A stretch of 64,000 bases of DNA, taken from the NCBI GenBank assembly GCA_003353845.1, contig PIVT01000014.1:3538-67537 (forward strand), read 5' to 3'. This document shows positions 57,798 to 64,000 of the stretch, one piece after another. The stretch comes from Pseudomonadota bacterium. Its GTDB lineage: Bacteria; Myxococcota_A; UBA9160; JADFDR01. The position numbers and the translations under genes were made by a program. Positions within the stretch are counted from its first letter, which is position 1. Each line of letters starts with the position of its first letter. Under the pieces are notes generated by a model. The model was not told the origin of the DNA. It did not search any database and saw nothing but the letters and a program-made list of their open reading frames with translations.

Positions 57798-57924
57798 AGG
57801 GGTCCTCTTTTGCCAACTTCTTATTTTACAGTGCTGTAAGATTAAGGCTTTTTAAACCGCAGTCAACCTGAAGGGGTGCCCTTCGACCCGAAATTTGTCA
57901 GCGGTGCGACCCACCAGGCGAGCG

Positions 57925-58362
57925 TCAAGAAGCCAGGACGAGGATCCCGATACCGAGAACACCGAGTCCGAATAGTTCTCGACGTGCTGGGAGCAACTGG
58001 AACGGGAAGCCTAGAATGCCGACGACCAGTGCTCCCACCGATGCCTGAATGAACACTCCGCGATCAGGGTTCGTTCTCCATTCAGGAAGCCACATGCAGC
58101 CAAGCAAGCTAACCGAGATCAGTCCGACGACCAGGAAATACGACGCTGCACAGATCAGCTTCGATCTCTGATCTGAGTTGACAATGGCATAGGCCAGCGC
58201 AGGGAATAGAACATAGAGCCCTGCGTAGAACCCGATGGTCCAGACGGATCCGTACTTCATCGATGAAGCCGTCAATGCACTCAAACCAGCTACCCCCAGG
58301 CCCACGATCCCGACGGAACTCACAACTCGATAGAAGACATCTCTATATAAACTCAAGCGCAA
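57925..58362 (-). CDS. hypothetical four-TM membrane protein
   Basis: 145 aa and hydrophobic throughout. Overlaps the upstream LLM gene by 10 nt. Confidence 0.45.
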   Translation of the reverse strand: MRLSLYRDVFYRVVSSVGIVGLGVAGLSALTASSMKYGSVWTIGFYAGLYVLFPALAYAIVNSDQRSKLICAASYFLVVGLISVSLLGCMWLPEWRTNPDRGVFIQASVGALVVGILGFPFQLLPARRELFGLGVLGIGILVLAS

Positions 58363-59267
58363 ACCTCAGTAAGGAAGGATAGCGTTTCGTCGGCGGGTCC
58401 GACGTTGGTGGGTACGATGGCGGCCATAAAATCCGTCACTCCGATTTCCCGCAGTTGCTCGATCCGTGCACGCAACTCGGTTGCATTTCCAACGAGAGCC
58501 AGTTCCGCGGGACCCTCGATCCCCTCTCGATCGAGCATGCCACGATAAGAGGGCAGCATTCCGTACATGGCCAATTCGCTGCGAATTTGCTCGCGTGCCG
58601 CCTCGGCATCATCCGTCAAGACGATGGGAAATCCGGCGACCACTCTAGGCGCTTCGCGGCCAGCCTCTTTGGCTGCATCTGTAATGCTCGGAATAATATG
58701 ATCCGCCAGGGTTTTGGGTCCCGTCATCCAGGTAATCGTTCCCTGCGCGAGACTTCCGGCCAACTTTAGCATGGCGCTTCCCAGGGCAGCAATCAGCAAG
58801 GGCACTGGATCGGCACCTGATACTCTCATTCCAATTTTTACGCGATACTGCGCGCCTTCAAAATCTACATTCTCTCCGCGCAGCAACGGTCCGAGAACCT
58901 GAAGGTACTCGCGCATGTGACGCGCCGGGTGCTCGTAAGAGAAGCCGAGCAAATCCTCAATAACAATTTTGTGAGAGAGGCCAATCCCCAGTGCAAATCG
59001 ACCCGAGCTAGCTTGTTGGGCCGTTAGTGCCTGCTGAGCCATGGCGGTTGGATGGCGAGGATAAGTGGGTACCACGGCCGTCCCGAGTTCGATCCGCTCA
59101 GTTTCTCGACCCACCAGTGCAAGCGTGGTAATCGCTTCGAGGCCGAAGATATTGGCCATCCACAAACTTGAGAATCCCATGGCCTCCACACGCTTGGCGT
59201 AGGCTACAACTTCGTCGATTGTTTCGTGGGGTCCATCGGTCCCACCGAGCATGACTCCAATTCTCAT
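58353..59267 (-). CDS. luciferase-like (LLM class, probably F420-dependent) oxidoreductase
   Basis: Start at MRIGVMLGG (ATG 59267, with GAAGGAGG upstream). FSSLWMANIFG and RFALGIGLSH motifs. Confidence 0.8.
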   Translation of the reverse strand: MRIGVMLGGTDGPHETIDEVVAYAKRVEAMGFSSLWMANIFGLEAITTLALVGRETERIELGTAVVPTYPRHPTAMAQQALTAQQASSGRFALGIGLSHKIVIEDLLGFSYEHPARHMREYLQVLGPLLRGENVDFEGAQYRVKIGMRVSGADPVPLLIAALGSAMLKLAGSLAQGTITWMTGPKTLADHIIPSITDAAKEAGREAPRVVAGFPIVLTDDAEAAREQIRSELAMYGMLPSYRGMLDREGIEGPAELALVGNATELRARIEQLREIGVTDFMAAIVPTNVGPADETLSFLTEVCA

Positions 59268-59606
59268 CTCCCGAACCTCCTTCGACCAGCAGACACAAGC
59301 GGCGTTTCCGCATCCGGTAACGCCCATTATGACAAATAGACGTGACTGAGTCTCAATTCATCCGCTTGAAATCAGCCCTCCCCGCTCCATTCTCTTGGTT
59401 GGGGGTCGGTTATCTGGCCTCTGGGAAGTCATTTGGATGGGGGAAATTAGCGGTGTGGACAACTCGCTTGGGTTGGCATTGCCATGGATTGACGCCACAG
59501 GTGCATTGGGAACCAGGAGGAATGATACAGCGAACTGGTTCAGGCTGTGGAAAGTAGAGGCATCGCTAACGGGTGCTAACTGATTTAGAAAGATACTCGG
59601 CCGGTA

Positions 59607-60248
59607 CTATTTGTTCTGGTGACAAGTAAGGCAGAGTTCTGATCCCACCATTGTGATTCGAAGTAGCTGGGGGATGGACGGATCATCATTGTGAACATCG
59701 TGGCAGGTGGCACATTCGATGTAACCATCGAAAAATACCAGCTCCCGAGGATCAGGTCCGGAAAAAGAATGGCACTTGGAGCAGTCGACCACCTCACCCA
59801 TGAGGTGACCCGCGGTGGGATCGTTCCAGTCAATGCTGATGGGGTGATCGTCTCTCAAGTCTGTACCGATGAGCCCGTTCCCGCCGATGGTGCCCGTGCT
59901 CGGTGGTGGCGCACCACCGTAATTATCGACGGCAATGGTTCCATCATGACAGGAAAGGCAGAGCCGCGAAACGCCTGCGGGCTGGCCTACCGGGGTATCC
60001 ATGGTGGGGCTCTCATAGGTTTGGTAGGTAGCAACGGTAACCGTGTGATTCCACAACGGGGCATCCGGGATGGTGCTGTCAGCGTTGTGAGGCGTATGGC
60101 ATGGATCACAAATGGTTCCAACCGCAACTGAGAAGTCATGAGCACTATTTTCGATGCTAGCGCCGGCGAACGGGCCAAAGCACATGGCCAGGAATAAGGT
60201 TCCTACGATAGTCAGATGTCGTTGGCAGCGTGCACGTAATTCAATCAC
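59607..60248 (-). CDS. pentahaem c-type cytochrome
   Basis: Five CxxCH motifs (CDPCH, CLSCH, CSKCH, CATCH, CLTCH). A GTG start at 60248 with GAGAGGA upstream gives a signal peptide. The maximal ORF reaches 60335. Confidence 0.75.
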   Translation of the reverse strand: MIELRARCQRHLTIVGTLFLAMCFGPFAGASIENSAHDFSVAVGTICDPCHTPHNADSTIPDAPLWNHTVTVATYQTYESPTMDTPVGQPAGVSRLCLSCHDGTIAVDNYGGAPPPSTGTIGGNGLIGTDLRDDHPISIDWNDPTAGHLMGEVVDCSKCHSFSGPDPRELVFFDGYIECATCHDVHNDDPSIPQLLRITMVGSELCLTCHQNK

Positions 60249-60631
60249 TAATAAATCCTCTCTACCGTTATTACGCAAGTTTCGTGCCAGAGAGTTCACT
60301 CCTCCTGGAAAAGCCGCATGCGTACCGGCGATCAAGCTGAGAGTAGAGTCCCTCTTGCTGGTAATGCATCGCCCACGCTATCTAGCGGTCCCCAAAGGAA
60401 CGTGATGGATTCTGAGTAGTAGATATATTTTCAATGGGAAGCAGGAGGGTCACCCCAGGTACTCTCTTGCCAGTGCTGTAGTTTGTCACGTCAACTATAA
60501 TGTGTCGTGGCAGAATGCCACAAACCGGACTGTCGATCCTGGTAACGGGTCCGACTGGTTTCCTTTTGCTGTCAAGATCAAGCTCTTCGCAACCAATCTT
60601 TTATGCCAGCATACTAGCACTTTCGCGTTCT

Positions 60632-60945
60632 CTAGGGGACGTGTGAGGTTGGCGGAAAGCGATAATCAGGAGCATGGTTAGCACTAATCAAGAACCGAGA
60701 TCGGTGCCGATGAGGTTTTTGCGAGGGACAGGCGTAGTCGTAAATGAATACGGAGCCGGCGATTGCGTCGCTGACATAGATCTGTCCCCCCTCATAAGTA
60801 ATACGGAGCGGATAGCTGTTGGTGTTTTCGACGGAGAGGTCGGGCGGAGGTTGGCAAGCGGAGATACCAAGCATGAAGAAGAGGAGGAAGGCAAATGGGA
60901 AGACCGCTGCGGTAGCGCGGCGGACACGTAGGCAGACATGTAAGA
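60632..60945 (-). pseudogene. possible decayed remnant of a beta-propeller (NHL/YncE-like) lipoprotein
   Basis: The frame encodes RVRRATAAVFPFAFLLFFMLGISAC (lipoprotein signal) followed by SYPLRITYEGGQIYVSDAIAGSVFIYDY. No ATG, GTG or TTG precedes the signal in frame. After IYDY, all three frames hit a stop codon within roughly 15-30 codons. Confidence 0.3.
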
Positions 60946-61116
60946 GACAAATGAAGTGCCATAATGAAAAGCAGTTTAAATAACCGAAACCACTCGATTC
61001 ATACCTACAACCTTCTACAATCTTTCCCGCACGCTCCAGTGAATACTAACCCGAGCCATTCAGGTGCTTCATAAATCAAGTTGGCGCCACCCGCACTATG
61101 ACGATCCTTGTCTTCA

Positions 61117-64000
61117 TCAGTCTTCAATGGTCGCCTGAGGCAATGCGACATTCCAGAACTTCACATCATCGAGTTCACCCACGTAAGATAAAGCGCTCAG
61201 ATCGTAGAACCCGTTTGTGTTCCAATAGGTAGCGCCACCGGAAGGAGAATCGGCCCCTGAGAACGATGGCCGGCCGCCGGCAGCAAAGTACGAACTTACG
61301 TGCCTGAACAGCGAGCCATCACCGACCAGGTCTCCACCCCAGAGGTGCGGATCGGCGAGCATGATGTAGTCGCCAGTGCCACCCATGTCGGTCTCAGCTG
61401 CAAGCTGACCATCGATATAGATCCGGATGAACTGTCCGTCCCATGTCCCCGCCACGTGCTGCCACACGCCAGGCTCCAGGGTGACTCCATATGAGGGGGC
61501 GCCGGAAGCAGCTGTCTCTGTTTGGGCAAACGAGAGCGCCTTGAGATTGGTCGGCAAGGTCGGCGTTGCTGAGCTGTCGCAGGTTGCTTGATCGAGGGGC
61601 TGCAGGTACGTGCCCTGAATGTAGCCCGCGGGACTCACCGGGTGGACGGTTTCTGGCCAACTACCACCCCAGGGATCACATCGCTGATCGGCAGGATCTC
61701 CCACCGCAACCCAGAACCGCAAGACATCGTGTGTCGAGTCTTCGTCGGTGCAGTTGCCGGCAATGGGATCACCGTCGTCACTGAAACGCATGATGCCAAG
61801 GGCCCAGTTCTTGATCCATAACTGAGTGGTCAGGATGTCTCTTCTCAGTGCGGTGTTCAGGCCGAGATCTTTGCCCTCCTGGCATCCAAGGGCGGTGGGT
61901 TTGATCCAAACAGCAAACGAGAACTCACTAGCTGGTTGCATCTCCTGAACAATCACAGGAGCGCCGCCAGTGCTGTATGTCGCCGGAGGGAAGCCGTCGT
62001 CAGGGTTGATCGGATAGTTCAATTGAACGGCACCCTTGTCGCTAACTCGGTCCATGTTGACCGCGTTATCGCCTGCTGCCGCGCCTGGTTTCGTACTTGC
62101 TACCCATTGAACGTTGCGGGTAAGCACACCATGCATGTCCTCTTGCGTGCCCAACGCACCACTGCTGGCGGCGACCGACCCCGCGCTTTCGTTGAAGTTC
62201 CAATTCAGTACTAGCTCAGTAGCCGAGGCTTCCGGCGGCAAGGCAAGGGTGATCGCCGTGTTATCGGCGGCACTGCCGAAAGCGTCAACAATGGAGCCAG
62301 TGACGGCGGCAACGGCACAGACCCCCACCTCTGATAGATCGATGGTGTTGTCCAGCGTCAGAATCGCGACGGTATCGCCAGCCGTGTGGGTAACCGATGA
62401 AATGACTCTGGCACCGCAATCCAGGGTGAAGTCCCCGATCTGTAGATCACCACCGCCATTGGAGTAGGCCTCTTCGAAAAAGGTCACGAAGATCTGGTTG
62501 CTATCACTCACCATCCCGTTCAACCTGAGCTCAGTACGACCATAGAGGACGTCCTGGAGACTGAATGGAGGCGGAGCAGTGACCGCGACGGGCCACGGGC
62601 CCGCAGACACCTCTTGCGTTTCAATGGTACCGTTGGCGCCGTTGACATACGGACCGAGCACGCTGTCGTACCAATCCCAGATTGAACTCCTGCGCGCGGC
62701 CAGCGTGTCGGTGTCGAGATCGTCGGCTTCCAGCGGTGCACTCAGCTGAATCGTCGCAGTGTATTCCCCGGGTATGTGCATGACACCGGAGATACTTTGA
62801 CCATTGTTGTTGTGATCGAAGAACCAGAAGTCCTCCGCATCGACGGCGTTTGAGAAGACGTCAGTGTCATGGTCCACGGAGCCAAAGATCCCGATGGAGT
62901 CATCTGTTTCCTTGAAGGTGACGGTCAAGAGATCACTGCCGATATGGCCTTCCACTGAGAGAATGTCCGGCGTGAAATCGGGCGGGTTGAAATAGCTCTC
63001 CCATCCGCTTGCGGTGACCGCCAGGCGTGTGCCGCCGTAGCCTCCTTTATTGTCCATTTTATGGGGAGAGTTGGTCAGGTGGCAGGAGGCATTGCCGCAG
63101 CTCATTCCAGCGTGCTGTCCACCGGCGTAATAGTGACACGCGCCACAGAAGGAGTTCCAGTGGCCACCGTCCGCACAGTTCTCACCATTGTTATCGGCAT
63201 CGTCACCGGTTCCACAGTCACCATAGACGGTGACGTTGAAACGCTCGCGAATCATGCCGCCCCGATTGGAACCGTGGGCTTCATGACAGTCGGTGCAAGA
63301 CAAGACGAAGTTGATGCCGGCGTTACGCTCGGCGGAATCGTAGGGCCAGCGCATAAAGTGACCGGCACCTCGCCCGCGGGTCACATAATCCATGCCGAAG
63401 AGCACGTCGGGGTTCCCGGAGGTGCCCCAGAAACCGGAGGTTCCCTCGCTGCTCACATAGGCGGGTAGGTTCGCACTAGCGAAGCCGTGCGCCGTGCTCC
63501 AGTTGATCGCCTCGCTCTCGGCACTCATCTGAGTCGTGTGGCAATCGAGGCAGAGCGTCGTGTAGTCGGGCAACACGTCGCCGCTGTACTCGGATTCGTA
63601 GTCTCCACCCGACTTCGGTGGCCGATACTGCGCCTCCTGATCAAAGGAGACTGCCCCGCCGCGGGCCATGCTGTAGTAATAGCCACCAGTGCCCGATCCC
63701 TGCGCCGCGAAGTCGTCCATCTTCTCGCCGGGTTTGGCGCCCCATAAGGTCTTTCCCATTGCGCGCGGGTTGTTTACCGGGTCGCTGAAGTCGGGTCGGG
63801 TTACCGGTGAATAGCCATCCTCTGCCTCCCAGTACTTGCCAGTGACGACGTGTGGGTTGTGGCAGGAGGAACACTGAATTTCAAAGTCATTGCCATTCTT
63901 GGAGAACATCGTGCCCAGGTTGTGACTCTCCGCCCGGCCAAAGGACTCTTCGATATCGTTGGCAGCTCCGCTGTATCCCGGACCACGGTGAGCGGAGAGA
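61117..64000 (-). CDS. large extracytoplasmic multihaem cytochrome fused to Ig-like spacers and a C-terminal LamG/concanavalin-like domain (5' end outside the window)
   Basis: The frame stays open to 64000 (LSAHRGPGYSGAANDIEESFGRAESHNLGT precedes the first Met). In-window motifs are CSSCH, CLDCH, CTDCH and CGACH plus CGNASCH (Cx4CH). The C-terminus has FSFAVWIKP...LDDVKFWNVALPQATIED, typical of Laminin_G_3. Confidence 0.8.
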   Translation of the reverse strand, partial: LSAHRGPGYSGAANDIEESFGRAESHNLGTMFSKNGNDFEIQCSSCHNPHVVTGKYWEAEDGYSPVTRPDFSDPVNNPRAMGKTLWGAKPGEKMDDFAAQGSGTGGYYYSMARGGAVSFDQEAQYRPPKSGGDYESEYSGDVLPDYTTLCLDCHTTQMSAESEAINWSTAHGFASANLPAYVSSEGTSGFWGTSGNPDVLFGMDYVTRGRGAGHFMRWPYDSAERNAGINFVLSCTDCHEAHGSNRGGMIRERFNVTVYGDCGTGDDADNNGENCADGGHWNSFCGACHYYAGGQHAGMSCGNASCHLTNSPHKMDNKGGYGGTRLAVTASGWESYFNPPDFTPDILSVEGHIGSDLLTVTFKETDDSIGIFGSVDHDTDVFSNAVDAEDFWFFDHNNNGQSISGVMHIPGEYTATIQLSAPLEADDLDTDTLAARRSSIWDWYDSVLGPYVNGANGTIETQEVSAGPWPVAVTAPPPFSLQDVLYGRTELRLNGMVSDSNQIFVTFFEEAYSNGGGDLQIGDFTLDCGARVISSVTHTAGDTVAILTLDNTIDLSEVGVCAVAAVTGSIVDAFGSAADNTAITLALPPEASATELVLNWNFNESAGSVAASSGALGTQEDMHGVLTRNVQWVASTKPGAAAGDNAVNMDRVSDKGAVQLNYPINPDDGFPPATYSTGGAPVIVQEMQPASEFSFAVWIKPTALGCQEGKDLGLNTALRRDILTTQLWIKNWALGIMRFSDDGDPIAGNCTDEDSTHDVLRFWVAVGDPADQRCDPWGGSWPETVHPVSPAGYIQGTYLQPLDQATCDSSATPTLPTNLKALSFAQTETAASGAPSYGVTLEPGVWQHVAGTWDGQFIRIYIDGQLAAETDMGGTGDYIMLADPHLWGGDLVGDGSLFRHVSSYFAAGGRPSFSGADSPSGGATYWNTNGFYDLSALSYVGELDDVKFWNVALPQATIED

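Overview
This is a bacterial chromosomal window of about 60 protein genes. It looks moderately GC-rich by eye, with a few clearly AT-rich spacers (no GC values were computed). I recognised no rRNA, tRNA, CRISPR array, transposase or integrase. All homology calls rest on motifs read from the translations, with no database search. Gene content (many multiheme cytochromes, sigma-54 signalling, PEP-CTERM, DivIVA, Mla) suggests a delta-proteobacterial or Myxococcota/Desulfuromonadota-like metal-respiring lineage, which is inference only.

Layout:
- 1-16.8 kb is housekeeping: a partial HAD hydrolase, mtnP-apt-mtnA, PilZ, an Mla-type lipid ABC system, maf-yggS-proC-divIVA, an FmdB zinc ribbon, folD, and a complete glycine cleavage set gcvT-H-PA-PB.
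- 16.8-28.5 kb is mixed: MerR-TPR, an HPF-like protein, a degenerate GGDEF-EAL protein, MoeB/rhodanese, a FAD oxidoreductase, a patch of hypothetical secreted and membrane proteins, an MBL hydrolase, a SAM methyltransferase and a YyaL thioredoxin-fold protein.
- 28.6-34.4 kb is a single 1911-aa secreted, hyper-acidic thrombospondin-type-3/dockerin repeat protein. An AT-rich 545-bp region with a near-consensus sigma-54 promoter and perfect 20-bp direct repeats lies upstream of it.
- amtB-glnK follows.
- 36.9-52.6 kb is a respiratory and signalling island. It holds a haem-motif sensor kinase and an NtrC-type sigma-54 activator. A second near-consensus sigma-54 promoter then drives an operon of a pseudo-receiver, a receiver fused to three tandem membrane repeats, and a 9-haem cytochrome c fused to a cytochrome b (CbcL-like architecture). 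The island also carries a 6-TM MCP, a tetrahaem/FeS/NrfD quinone module, a DUF2339-like protein and a pentahaem cytochrome.
- 52.8-59.3 kb is lipid and miscellaneous functions (WS/DGAT, an alpha/beta hydrolase, a PEP-CTERM protein, NnrU, an LLM oxidoreductase).
- 59.6-64.0 kb holds a pentahaem cytochrome and a large multihaem-cytochrome/LamG fusion that runs off the right edge.

The best candidate for an undescribed system is the sigma-54/two-component-controlled CbcL-like operon with its membrane-embedded response regulator.
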